DNA from: Nitrososphaerota archaeon
GTDB taxonomy: Archaea; Thermoproteota; EX4484-205; JAAOZP01
DNA length: 64,000 bases
NCBI GenBank assembly: GCA_011605725.1
Contig: JAAOZP010000019.1
Span: forward strand, 1,123 to 65,122
Direction of reading: 5' to 3'
Shown: positions 9,451 to 19,447 of the stretch, one piece after another
Layout of the letters: every line of letters starts with the position of its first letter
How positions within the stretch are numbered: the stretch's first letter is position 1
The notes under the pieces: generated by a model
What the model was told of the DNA's origin: nothing
Database searches by the model: none
The model's input: only the letters and a program-made list of their open reading frames with translations
Position numbers and translations under genes: made by a program

Positions 9451-10655
9451 CTAATCTACAGTTCCCCAAAGCTTTATCAACTCCTTGTAGAACTCGCCTG
9501 TCGTGGAGAACTCGCCAGCAATAATTTTCTCAACGGCTTCCCTGTTCACCCGTTCGCTTAATTCGCTATACGGCAATCGAGCAGTGTTCCAAGTGTAGTC
9601 GACGTATGTGAAAAAATATATGCTCCAGAATGGTGAGAAATACTCCACCCCGTTTGCTCTCGCAGATTTCGCTAGCACAGCTAGAAACTGTTGGTCTAAG
9701 GGAGCCCAGAAGCTGAAGGCGTCTAGGCGAAACACTTCTTCAGCGGCAGCGATGTTCGGCACAGGCCTGTCAACCTTGTAGAGCCAAGCCTCATTCACAA
9801 CAATGTTCTTGCCGTGGCGCCTCGCTGTTTCAGATATGGCGTCTATGTTGTAAAGTAGTCTTCCGAAAACAGGATACACGTGTATAGTGATGAAATCTAG
9901 GCTGGTTTCGCTGCAGAAATACTCGACATACTTCAAATCCCCCCAGTTGCCTATTCCTGCGCCAATCTCAGTATCGCCTTTTTCAAGGCCGTTTAAAACA
10001 TGGTTTATAAGCTCCGTGTATTTCTCAGGATTGTTCAGCTCGCTTAACCCCAGTAAACTGGCTTCAGTATCTGGCTCTGCATCGATCGTAAGATAATCCG
10101 GTTTCAAGTCCCTAATAATGTTGAGAACCATCTGTCTTTTTTCAACCTTATACTTTTCGAAAGTAAGCCCAGAGTAGTTTAAACTTAACTTTGAAAAAGC
10201 AGTTCCGGAGAAAACGACGCCAACCTCCACATCCAGCTTCATTCCTCTAGCCCTAACTTCCCCAGCAACCTTCCTGTAGAACTCGACGTACTCCTGATAG
10301 GGATCAAAGCTGCTTAAGTATAACGGGTAGTCTATGGATACTGTTACTCCTTTGACGCCGAGTTCTTTAAGACGGTCAAGATATATTTTCACTCCTTCGA
10401 CAGCGCTCGGCTTAAGAAGGTCTAGTCCACGGTAGCGTTCGCCGGCAGCAGTTCAGCGCCGAATAATACTCGACGCGTCTCACTGATATTTTTAGAGCTC
10501 AAGTATTTTTCGTAATCATCTAGGCTGGACTTAAGACTTGAATACAGCGAACGGTATTCGCGTGGCACATTCACGCTAACAATCCTTATGATCAGAAGTG
10601 TTGCGAGAAACAATGCGAAAGCCGTTGAGAGGAAGATGATCAGGGAGCGTTTCAC
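9451..10655 (-). pseudogene. Frameshifted secreted TIM-barrel glycoside-hydrolase-like gene (ORFs 10422-10655 and 9451-10392)
   Basis: The signal-anchor ORF ends LPANATVD*, while the second frame reads RGLDLLKPSAVEGVKIYLD across the gap. One missing base near 10432 would fuse them. AEP and NE motifs are clan-A-like. Confidence 0.65.
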
Positions 10656-10676
10656 GGTTCATCCTGCTTAAAACAA

Positions 10677-12707
10677 TCATATAAGGTTTTTAAACAGGCT
10701 TCTGTTTCTCGTTAAGCGTGCTGTGAAGCCTAGCTTGAAAGCTGGGGATTCTGGTTTTAAGCTGAAATCATACTTGTCGGGCGCGTTGAACAATGGGTCT
10801 GCAATGAGAGAATTCCTATCCATTCCCCGCTTCCGCCATTCCTCCCATGAGAATTCTCCGAAAAGGATTTCTCCATCTCCCTCCTTCCAATACAGGTTAT
10901 GGTCGAAGACAAACCCAAGATCACCTATTCTACCCGTTAGCAAGCTTCCTTCCCGCCAGTAGACGATGTTACGTTCGAAAACGAAGCTGACATGCTGCTC
11001 TGGACGCGTACGCTGTATCTGCGCTTCCCGTCCGAAAGCAAAAATATTGTTACGGATAATGTTTTCCCTACCGTAGTGCTGGTGAAAGCCTCCGTGGGAA
11101 GTGTTGTAAACAATGTTTTCCTCAGCAATAATGTTGGTGCTTCCCTCGTCGAAATAAATCCCCCAGCCACCGTAGCGGAGGCCTGCGACGTCGTGGATCA
11201 GATTTAGCCTGACGACTGTTCCCGGTTGAACCCCCAGCGTGTAAACCCCGCCCATGTCGCTTAAAATCGGACCCTCCCCGTTTGATAGGACACCGATATG
11301 GTGAATATGGTTCGACTCCACGATGTTCCCTTTCGCAAGTGATCTCCCGTATCCCCATGTCCAGCCGATTGAAACACCAGTGTAGTAGAAATCGTGAATA
11401 TGATTACGAGTGACACGGTTGTTGTAGCTCTGGCCAATAAGTATTGCGACAGCGCTGTGGAAGAAACGTCCCCCCTCGTATATGTGGCAACCAGTAACCT
11501 CATTGCCGTAGGTCTGCTCGTTTTCAGCTTCACGTATCAGGGTTTCCCCTATTTTAACGCCTCCAGCCCCCAGGTCGAAAAACCTGCATCCGGCTACACG
11601 GTTGTTTTGACACCCGCGTGCCAGTTCTAAAGCATAGTTTCCAAGATGGGTGAATGTGCAGTCTTCGAATATACAGTTTCGAACACCGTCTCCGTGAATA
11701 GAGCCGGGGACGCCGATGGCTGCCTGCGGGAACCCTCCGATACTCGGCTTTCCAGAGTCCGGGTTCTCCTTGAAGAACCATTCAGCATGTGCAAAAGCTA
11801 GACCTTGAAAAAACAGGTTTTCAACAAAAAGGTCTTCCTCAGGCTTGCCTTCAAACCGGATGAGTTCACTAAGCACTGGAGCTACAGCCTCAACTTTAGA
11901 AGGCTCTTCGCCGGGTAAAGGAATATAGTAGAGCATTGAACTATTACGGTCTAGAAACCATTCTCCCGGGGAATCCAGCAGCTCGTAAACATGCTCCACG
12001 TAATAAAGGTCTCCGGGTTCCAGCCGGAAAACGCTTCTTCTACTCGAACACACCGTATGCTCCTCTTCTTCCACACGGGTTATTGGCAGGCGTGATTCAA
12101 CCCAGCGGTTCATAACCACGATCTCTCCCTCGTCCACCGTGCTCCAAGCCTTCAAGTCTCCCTCGAAGAACCTGAAGCAGTTTTGGCCTTCATTCCACTT
12201 CGTCTCAGGAGTCACGTCTGGGACGCCTGCGATTTTAAAGTAGCCCTTGTTAGGGCTGCGGGCACGAGTGCAACGGTGCCCGTTTACCCAGAGATTTCTG
12301 AAAAACCATTTTCCCCCTGATGTTTCAGGAATCTCAGCCACCCATAGTTTTCTCCCATTCACAACTGTTTGCTTCCAGCCCGTTAACAGTCTCCCACCGC
12401 TGACAACTGGTTTCTCACCAGGGTATGCTGCGAAGCATACTGGATGATTCAGGGTTCCAGAATCCTCCGGTTTGAAGATTAATGGCTCGTTTAAAAAGTA
12501 GGTGCCGCCGCGGATTAGAACAGTAACAGGCTGTTTAAGCGTTCCATCCTGCTGACGCTTCAGCTCTCGAACTACTTCTAAGGCGTGGCGAAGCGTGGCA
12601 AGAGGCCCGTCTGTTTTAAACCGGTTTGGCGTAGGCGTTCTTCCCGACCAGGAATCACTACCGTCAGGAGCAACATAGAGAAAGACAGCGTCTCCACTAT
12701 TTTTCAT
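10677..12707 (-). CDS. Right-handed parallel beta-helix protein (GH141-like / pectin lyase fold)
   Basis: YVAPDGSDSWSG...GPLATL, IRGGTYFL, DMGGVYTLG and GIYFDEGS repeats. Likely start MKNSG at 12707 (the ORF extends to 12839). Confidence 0.75.
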   Translation of the reverse strand: MKNSGDAVFLYVAPDGSDSWSGRTPTPNRFKTDGPLATLRHALEVVRELKRQQDGTLKQPVTVLIRGGTYFLNEPLIFKPEDSGTLNHPVCFAAYPGEKPVVSGGRLLTGWKQTVVNGRKLWVAEIPETSGGKWFFRNLWVNGHRCTRARSPNKGYFKIAGVPDVTPETKWNEGQNCFRFFEGDLKAWSTVDEGEIVVMNRWVESRLPITRVEEEEHTVCSSRRSVFRLEPGDLYYVEHVYELLDSPGEWFLDRNSSMLYYIPLPGEEPSKVEAVAPVLSELIRFEGKPEEDLFVENLFFQGLAFAHAEWFFKENPDSGKPSIGGFPQAAIGVPGSIHGDGVRNCIFEDCTFTHLGNYALELARGCQNNRVAGCRFFDLGAGGVKIGETLIREAENEQTYGNEVTGCHIYEGGRFFHSAVAILIGQSYNNRVTRNHIHDFYYTGVSIGWTWGYGRSLAKGNIVESNHIHHIGVLSNGEGPILSDMGGVYTLGVQPGTVVRLNLIHDVAGLRYGGWGIYFDEGSTNIIAEENIVYNTSHGGFHQHYGRENIIRNNIFAFGREAQIQRTRPEQHVSFVFERNIVYWREGSLLTGRIGDLGFVFDHNLYWKEGDGEILFGEFSWEEWRKRGMDRNSLIADPLFNAPDKYDFSLKPESPAFKLGFTARLTRNRSLFKNLI

Positions 12708-12888
12708 CCTGAGTGGAAGAGTGTTTTTACTGTTTAAAAATGTGACATACTGGTCAAGCAGGCTTCTAAGCTGGAAATCGTGAAGAATATTTGAACCGTG
12801 AATACTGCTCTCACGGATGCGGCGCCGGGCGTTCGACACGCGTGTTTTTAATGAAAACTTTCCTCACACGCTTATTGTCCTAGGCTTT

Positions 12889-13383
12889 TTAACATAACTC
12901 TGTCGGAACCTTTCTGTCTGCAACTGTTTCAAGATACAGCTGGAGGAATCTGGGTATTGTTCTGCCAGTAAACTCCAGCGACGGTTCCCCGAGAACTATG
13001 CCTCGACAATTTTTCTCAAGATACACGTGAAAAGCCTCGCCGCCGTATTTGAAAAACGAGAGTTCATCGTAGCCGTATTTCGCCGTCCTTGAAATCCTGA
13101 ACGGGAATATCCTGCAAGCATACGGTTTCTCATTATGGATCCTGCAGACGAAGAGTTTCCCCTTCTTCCTCAGGAAGAAGCAGTTGCCGTTGGGAAGGAT
13201 TCTCAGGTAAAACTCTTTCTCACCTGGTTCGACTGACCTAGGCCCGTACTTAGGCTCTATCCTGGCGTACTCTTTGAAAAGGAGTGGAACCCTATGGTTT
13301 ATACAGCATTTTCCGCATAAGACACACTTCCAGTTTTCGACAAGCCTCCAAGGTACGAGGCTTTCACCCTGCGCGTTGAACAA
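12889..13383 (-). CDS. YkgJ-family cysteine-cluster (putative Fe-S/Zn) protein
   Basis: CxxCGKCC...CFFL...CRIHNEKPYACRIFPF pattern. Confidence 0.85.
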   Translation of the reverse strand: MFNAQGESLVPWRLVENWKCVLCGKCCINHRVPLLFKEYARIEPKYGPRSVEPGEKEFYLRILPNGNCFFLRKKGKLFVCRIHNEKPYACRIFPFRISRTAKYGYDELSFFKYGGEAFHVYLEKNCRGIVLGEPSLEFTGRTIPRFLQLYLETVADRKVPTELC

Positions 13384-13500
13384 GCCTTGTTTTTTCCACT
13401 CTTGTTTCCAGGCTAAAAGTTTTCGCTTTTAAAGCGCGTTGGAAAACGTTCCCAACTGCTTTAGAACAAGCCTTTTAAGACCCGGGTGCGTGCTAAACCT

Positions 13501-13704
13501 ATGCCTATTGTCCACGTGTACGTCTGGACTGGTTTCTCAAACGAGGCTAAGAAGAAAATAGTATCAGGAATAACCAGGGTCTTCGCTGAAAGCGGTGTCC
13601 CCCCGGAGGCTGTTGAAATAATAATTCACGAGATTCCTAAGGAAAACTGGGGAGTCGGCGGGGAGCAGGCGAGTGAGAAGCTCAGCCACGTAAAACCGCC
13701 GTGA
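13501..13704 (+). CDS. 4-oxalocrotonate tautomerase family protein
   Basis: Met followed by catalytic Pro1 (MPIVHV), IIHEIPKENWGVGG; 67 aa. Confidence 0.85.
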   Translation: MPIVHVYVWTGFSNEAKKKIVSGITRVFAESGVPPEAVEIIIHEIPKENWGVGGEQASEKLSHVKPP

Positions 13705-14002
13705 GCCTCCTCTAGAAGAACAGTCTGGCTCGTGCGCCGGGCTTAGAACATGCTTACCCACTGGTAATGTTGGAAACAGGTGAAGGCTATTAATCTTCGA
13801 TGAAGGAGGAAGCGTTTTAAGCGGGGTGATGCGCTCAGGGGCTGCTAACACGGGTTGCGATTCTGTGTTTAAAGTATTGCATGTTTCAAAAGCAGGGTGG
13901 AAACAGGGAATTATATTGCTATACATTATGACCAGTATAAACTATTTTTTTTCTCGCGTTGAATCAAGATTTATAAAAGTCGCGCGTGAGCCTAGTTTAA
14001 AA

Positions 14003-14839
14003 ATGGCTGGAAAACACGTCGGCCCCCTGGTACTGTCAGTAAGCGGGGCAATACTGATTCTTACGAGCGTTCTTATCCTTGCCTTCAGCAGTCACTACCT
14101 GTCTCTTCAACCGGTTCTCTATCTTGCCACACTTATTCTCGCAGCAATCATTCTGGCGGGAGCACTGTTAACCAGCCGTGACAACGAGAAGAAGACTGCA
14201 GTGGGTTCAGCGATAGTTCTAGGTTTCTCAACGATTGTCTTCTGCTTCTCCCTACTGCCTGTTTTCCTAGTGTACGCTGGAAGATTCATACCTATGCCGC
14301 GCAGCCTTGGCGTGTCGAGCCTAGTAGATTTCCTAGGGGGCTTTATACCGTCCGCCATAGGTATGGCTGGTTTTATACTCTGCGTTGCCGGAGGCATACT
14401 TGGATTAAGGAGGAAGACCTTACTCTCCCCATCCTCCCCACCTGGAGCACAGGTTAGCGAAGCCGAGGAATCGACGATCTGCCCGGAGTGCGGAGCAGTG
14501 AACAGTGCGGGCTACAAGTTCTGCTTCAAATGCGGAGCCAGGCTGAAACCCGTGCAACCGAGGAAGACCGGGGAGGCAGCGACGGTTGTTTGCCCCGTAT
14601 GCGGTAAAACATTATCCGGAGGCTCCAGGTTCTGCAGCCAGTGTGGCGCACCACTCTCCGAGGAGATGCAGCTTCCTCCCCCGCCTCCAGACATAGAGAG
14701 CAGGCTTGAAAAACTGGAGGAAAGGGTTGAAAGGCTGGAGAAAAACCTTGGGAAGGCTGAGCAAACCGGAGGAGGGGAGGAACGCCGTGAGGAGGGCGAA
14801 GCCGGTGAAAGCATATTTGAGGACTATACTCCTGAATAG
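14003..14839 (+). CDS. Membrane protein with tandem double zinc ribbons and an acidic coiled-coil tail
   Basis: Four TM segments, then CPECG..FCFKCG and CPVCG..FCSQCG, a poly-Pro stretch and a heptad repeat. Likely start MAGKHV. Confidence 0.75.
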   Translation: MAGKHVGPLVLSVSGAILILTSVLILAFSSHYLSLQPVLYLATLILAAIILAGALLTSRDNEKKTAVGSAIVLGFSTIVFCFSLLPVFLVYAGRFIPMPRSLGVSSLVDFLGGFIPSAIGMAGFILCVAGGILGLRRKTLLSPSSPPGAQVSEAEESTICPECGAVNSAGYKFCFKCGARLKPVQPRKTGEAATVVCPVCGKTLSGGSRFCSQCGAPLSEEMQLPPPPPDIESRLEKLEERVERLEKNLGKAEQTGGGEERREEGEAGESIFEDYTPE

Positions 14840-14889
14840 CATCTCTAATTCCCCGTTAAAAAGGATATGGTTGCTTGCTGAGGGCAGGC

Positions 14890-16272
14890 TTACGCTTTAA
14901 TCCTCTCCGAGATCACGTGTCCAACGTAGAGGCCTGAGGCAGCTGCTTGAGACAGCCCCCTTGTGATGCCTGCACCGTCTCCAGCTGCAAACAGGTTTTT
15001 AACAGGGGTCTCGCCATGCTCGTTGACCTCGACTCTCGACGAGTAGAACTTGGCTTCGACACCGTAGAGAAGAGTGTCATGCTTCGAGAAGATTCCTGGG
15101 ATTAGACGGTCCATAGCCCTGAGCATTTCAACAATGTTTGAAAGAATCCTGTAGGGCAGGATGAAACTGAGGTCTCCCGGGGTCGCGTCGGGCAGCGTTG
15201 GGGTTATCAGGCTCCTGCTTAGACGCTCATGCGTAGACCTTCTTCCCTGAAGAAGGTCGCCTAGTCTTTGAACAACAACCCCGTTTGAAATAAGGTTTGC
15301 AAGCTTAGCTATTGACATACCGTATTCAATCGGCTCTTTAAAGGGTTCTGTGAAATCGGTTGAAACAAGAATCGCGAAATTAGTGTTGTCAGTCCTGTAA
15401 CTGTTGTAGCTGTGACCGTTCACAGTTACGATTCCCTCGTAGAACTCCGTTAAAACCTCCCCATGCGGGTTAACGCAGAAAGTCCTCACGTTGTCGTCAA
15501 ACCTTTTTGAAACATATTTCAGCTTCGGCTCATACAGGTCGCGAGTAATATCGTCCATTGTCTCCGCCGGAACCTCAACTCTGACACCGAGGTCCACAGG
15601 GTTACGTTTCATAGGGATATTGAGCTTCGTAAACTCTTTTCTTAACCATCCTGCTCCAGACCTGCCTGGGGCGACTACGATGAACCGGCCAAAAATGTTC
15701 TCGCCATCCTTAGTCTTAACGCCTTTAGCAACCCCGTTTTCAACGATGAAGCTTTCAACCTCAGTCATAACCTTTACTTCAACACTCTTCTCAATATCCT
15801 TCTTCATTCGGCTCAATATTTTAAACGAGAGGTCTGACCCCATGTGTCTAACAGGGTTCCTCTGAAGCTTCAAGCCTGCTAGGCTAGCTTTTCTCCTCCA
15901 TTCTTCGAAAGAATCCTCGTCTTCACCGTAAACCTTCTCCGGCGCCCCATACCTTAGGAAAATATCGTCAACCTTCTTTATGTATTGACGGGTCTTCTCT
16001 GAAGACAGGACTTGCGGAAGCCAGCCTCCAACCTCAGGGTCGAGAGTTATCTTCCCGTCTGAAAAAGCTCCTGCACCGCCCCAGCCGCTGTAAACATTGC
16101 AGACCCCGCATCTTACACAGAGCTTGCTGAGTCTTCTTGCCGGACACGTTCTATCGCTAATGTCACGTCCTTTTTCAAGGATCAGGATAGATGCGTCTGG
16201 AAGTTTCTCAAGAATGCTTAACGTGCAAAATATTCCGGCCGGACCTCCTCCCACTATTATCACGTCATGCAA
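14890..16272 (-). CDS. FAD-dependent oxidoreductase (COG2509-like)
   Basis: VGGGPAG, GAGAFSDGK, VRTFCVNPHG and AGDGAGITRG motifs. Confidence 0.85.
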   Translation of the reverse strand: MHDVIIVGGGPAGIFCTLSILEKLPDASILILEKGRDISDRTCPARRLSKLCVRCGVCNVYSGWGGAGAFSDGKITLDPEVGGWLPQVLSSEKTRQYIKKVDDIFLRYGAPEKVYGEDEDSFEEWRRKASLAGLKLQRNPVRHMGSDLSFKILSRMKKDIEKSVEVKVMTEVESFIVENGVAKGVKTKDGENIFGRFIVVAPGRSGAGWLRKEFTKLNIPMKRNPVDLGVRVEVPAETMDDITRDLYEPKLKYVSKRFDDNVRTFCVNPHGEVLTEFYEGIVTVNGHSYNSYRTDNTNFAILVSTDFTEPFKEPIEYGMSIAKLANLISNGVVVQRLGDLLQGRRSTHERLSRSLITPTLPDATPGDLSFILPYRILSNIVEMLRAMDRLIPGIFSKHDTLLYGVEAKFYSSRVEVNEHGETPVKNLFAAGDGAGITRGLSQAAASGLYVGHVISERIKA

Positions 16273-16342
16273 TACTTGCTTCCTTTTCCAAACCCTCTTA
16301 AACTGATACTTTTAAGTTTACCGTTTACGTGAAGCATCAGCC

Positions 16343-17248
16343 TTGAGGAGAATAGGGATAATAGGCTCCGGGAAAGTCGGGTGCTCAGCAGCCTCGTTCC
16401 TACTGGCTGAGGCTGATGAAATACTGCTTTACGACATAGTGCCAAGGCTTCCAGTCGGAGAAGCCCTTGACCTGCAGAACGCGGCTGAAGCCCTTGGTTT
16501 AAACGTTCAGGTTAAGGGGACTAGCGACCTCTCGCTGCTTCACGGTCTAGACGTCGTTATAGTGACGGCGGGGTTTGGAAGAACCCCGGGAATGAGCAGG
16601 ATGGATCTTTTGAACAGGAACCTGCCGATAATAGAGGGCATAGCTAGGGAATACGCCGGCGGAGAAGACGGTGGAACAGTCTTCATAATAGTTACTAACC
16701 CTGTTGACGTTTTAACCTATGTTTTCTGGAGGAGAACCGGTGTTGAGAGGCATAGGGTGGCGGGCTTAAGCGGCGTCCTTGATTCAAGCCGTTTAAAAAC
16801 GATAATGAGGAGTAGGGGGATTAGGGTGAGCGGCCTCAGCTCGTTCGTCCTCGGGGAGCATGGTGAGAACATGGTGATCCTTAGGGACAGGATGCGCAGG
16901 GAATACGGGTTGAGCGACGCGGAGCTGGACACGGTTCAAAGCGAGACTGTTAAGGCAGCAGCCGAGATAATAAGCATGAAGGGAGCCACTGTTCACGGGC
17001 CTGGCGCGTCAATAGCCAGAATGGTTAAGGCAGTGTTGTCCGACAGCAGGGAGGTCCTGCCTGCTTCAGCCGTTTTAAACGGCGAGTACGGGATTAGGAA
17101 CGTCTGCCTAGGCGTCCCTGTTGAAGCTGGAAGGAACGGTTTTAGAATCGTTCAGGAGAAGCTCAGCGAGAACGAGGAATCCATGCTGAGGAAGGCTGCG
17201 GAAAACGTTTCGAAGGTTTTGGGGCAAATAGGGTATGGGGCTGGTTGA
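16343..17248 (+). CDS. mdh: LDH-like malate dehydrogenase
   Basis: IGSGKVG, TAGFGRTPGMSRMDL (Arg at the specificity position), TNPVD, LDSSR and GEHG. Confidence 0.85.
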   Translation: MRRIGIIGSGKVGCSAASFLLAEADEILLYDIVPRLPVGEALDLQNAAEALGLNVQVKGTSDLSLLHGLDVVIVTAGFGRTPGMSRMDLLNRNLPIIEGIAREYAGGEDGGTVFIIVTNPVDVLTYVFWRRTGVERHRVAGLSGVLDSSRLKTIMRSRGIRVSGLSSFVLGEHGENMVILRDRMRREYGLSDAELDTVQSETVKAAAEIISMKGATVHGPGASIARMVKAVLSDSREVLPASAVLNGEYGIRNVCLGVPVEAGRNGFRIVQEKLSENEESMLRKAAENVSKVLGQIGYGAG

Positions 17249-17437
17249 ACCGGAGAATGTTTTAAGCCTTGAAAAACAGGATGGGAGACCTGGGAAAAGA
17301 CTGGAGTAGCACGCCGCACCGTTTTTGCTTCAAGCGATAAGCCACGTATTCTCTCAAGTAAGCCAGTATGGGGTTGCTGGAGGACCCGCCTATGCCAGTA
17401 ACCCTGTCTTTTTAAGCTGCCGATCATGAGTAGCGAT

Positions 17438-18172
17438 TCAAAAGTTTATGTAGTGATGCCGCTGCTGGTTTTCCCAATACTGCTGCGCTATTTCAAAGAA
17501 GTTTTCAAGAATCCTCCTCCCGTCAGGATACTCATCGTTGAAGATTTGCGGGTGAAACTGAACCCCGTAGAGTGGGCGCATCCTGTGCTTCATAGCCTGA
17601 ATACGGCATTCGTCCGTGGAGGCTAGGAGGTCGAAGCCATGGGGAAGCTCCTTAACCTCACAGTAATGGTTCTCGTCAACATAAATAATGTCTCCAAGCC
17701 TGTTGAAAAGAGGGTCTTTCTTAACAATTCTAACCGGCAGGAAGCCTTTCTCAACGAAATACCCTTCAAGATGCGTGCCCACGTTCTCATCCTTCTCACC
17801 CGGTTTAAGGCGGCGAATAGGTGAACAACCCAGTTCGCGACGCGGATGCCAGTATGCCATTCCAATCACCTGATGCCCGCCGCATATTCCTAGAATAGGG
17901 ACTTCAGCCTCCCTAATTATTTCAAACTCACCCGTCCAATCGTTCTTCACAAACTGCTCCCACGGGGTTCCGCTGCCGCTTAGAATAACCGCCAACGGCT
18001 CCAGCTTCTGAACCTCTTTCAGCGAACACCTGCTGTAGTGCCTCACGACACAGGGACCCGTGTATACACGTTGAATCTCTCTACGCATGTTTTCGTAACG
18101 TTTCTCCGCCTCCACGCTGTCAGGATCAATATCGCTGTTGTCAATATAGTAGACAAGGCTATGTTCACTCAT
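17438..18172 (-). CDS. Class I glutamine amidotransferase-like protein (GMP synthase A-like)
   Basis: ILSGS, PILGICGGHQ and YGVQFHPQ motifs. Confidence 0.8.
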   Translation of the reverse strand: MSEHSLVYYIDNSDIDPDSVEAEKRYENMRREIQRVYTGPCVVRHYSRCSLKEVQKLEPLAVILSGSGTPWEQFVKNDWTGEFEIIREAEVPILGICGGHQVIGMAYWHPRRELGCSPIRRLKPGEKDENVGTHLEGYFVEKGFLPVRIVKKDPLFNRLGDIIYVDENHYCEVKELPHGFDLLASTDECRIQAMKHRMRPLYGVQFHPQIFNDEYPDGRRILENFFEIAQQYWENQQRHHYINF

Positions 18173-18342
18173 CCTTAATCAGCAGCCCTCTGTGGAAAAC
18201 TGAAACCCGTATAATAATAAACATTATTTTTGCCTAAGGATTAAAAAGATAGGCCGGTGGCCCGTAAATTGCTGCTCACCAGGGCCTTACGCATCCCGCC
18301 GGAAAATGTCTGCTTAAATCCTGGAAAGTATGAGAAATAATC

Positions 18343-19443
18343 GTGTTGAAGAAGGGGAGATGCGGGGCTGACTGTGGAAAGTGTCCTTATTTCAGGAAAC
18401 TATGCATCGGCTGCGTGATTGAAACTTGTCTGGTGGATAAGTGTATTAAGGGTACTTCCTACACTGGGATAACGCATCCCCGGAGTTTCTGCAGGCTGAG
18501 GCCGTATTGCCCAATCGGTGGAAAGGATAGGCCTCCTCCAATACCGATTCCCCCTTTAGCAGGGAGGAAGATGGCGAAGGTGGGATTTCCCAGGTTTGTG
18601 CCTGAGATCGATGTTGCTGATGAAAGATCCTGGTTTTGGAGGGATGGTTTTCAAGCATCAGCGGTTTTCGCACCCCTCTGGCAGCTTCTAACAAACGAAA
18701 AAATACTGGCTCACGCTTCCAGCAAGGGTCTTCACGACTACCTCGGCTTCGACGGAAAGATACTCTTGTCAACGGTTATGCCTGACGAGCTTATCGACAG
18801 GCTTGAAACCAAGGACTACTTCAGGCTGATCAATGACTTGAAGCCGGATGCCACGATGATCCCCGACAACTATACCTATACTGACGCCCCACTCTACCAA
18901 TCCTGGTCCCAAAACATACGCCTCGTCTCCCTCGCGAACGACTTTCTCAAGCTTGATACTCCTTTGATAGGTCTGGTTAAGGGTGCTAACCTGCGTCAGA
19001 TGGATTGGGCCCTCAGGAAACAGGTTGAAATGGGCTATGCTTCCTTCGCGATGCCCGCCAGAGAGCTTTTCGAGGAGGAGAGGCTTGACGAGTTCCTCCC
19101 GTACGTCCTAATCTCCCTGAAGAGAAGCTATAGGGTTAGAGAAGATTTCGAGCTCCTTCTCTACGGCGTCGGCCAGAAGCTTCGGAATTATAAAGACATT
19201 AGTTATAGCAGCCTCTCCTGGTTCCTGAGGGCTAAGCACGGGGAGTATTACTGGGACGGGTTGTTCTACGACCTTAGGGATCCGGTGATAAGGTTCGAGG
19301 AGTGTTATTGTGAAGCATGCGGGGGAATGATGCCGCAGGACATTATCGACCTCTGGTTTGAGGATAAGGAGCGCGCGATGAAGACGCTGGCTGCCCACAA
19401 CCTCTTAGACCTGAGCCGGCTAAAGCGGAGAAAGAGGAGATAG
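18343..19443 (+). CDS. Divergent tRNA-guanine-transglycosylase-like / DUF4417-like TIM barrel with N-terminal Cys-rich domain
   Basis: GLHDYLGFDGKILL resembles TGT GLHxFxGWDGPILT; PDNYTYTDAP; C-terminal CxCxxC...LAAHNL Zn site; N-terminal CGxxCxxC..CIGC. Confidence 0.65.
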   Translation: MLKKGRCGADCGKCPYFRKLCIGCVIETCLVDKCIKGTSYTGITHPRSFCRLRPYCPIGGKDRPPPIPIPPLAGRKMAKVGFPRFVPEIDVADERSWFWRDGFQASAVFAPLWQLLTNEKILAHASSKGLHDYLGFDGKILLSTVMPDELIDRLETKDYFRLINDLKPDATMIPDNYTYTDAPLYQSWSQNIRLVSLANDFLKLDTPLIGLVKGANLRQMDWALRKQVEMGYASFAMPARELFEEERLDEFLPYVLISLKRSYRVREDFELLLYGVGQKLRNYKDISYSSLSWFLRAKHGEYYWDGLFYDLRDPVIRFEECYCEACGGMMPQDIIDLWFEDKERAMKTLAAHNLLDLSRLKRRKRR

Positions 19444-19447
19444 GGGA

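Noticed and set aside
18180-18342. attL-like duplication of the tRNA-Ala 3' end bounding the TGT/LAGLIDADG operon
   Set aside because: No copy of TGGACCGGGTGGGACTCGAACC was seen and there is no integrase, so integration is unproven.
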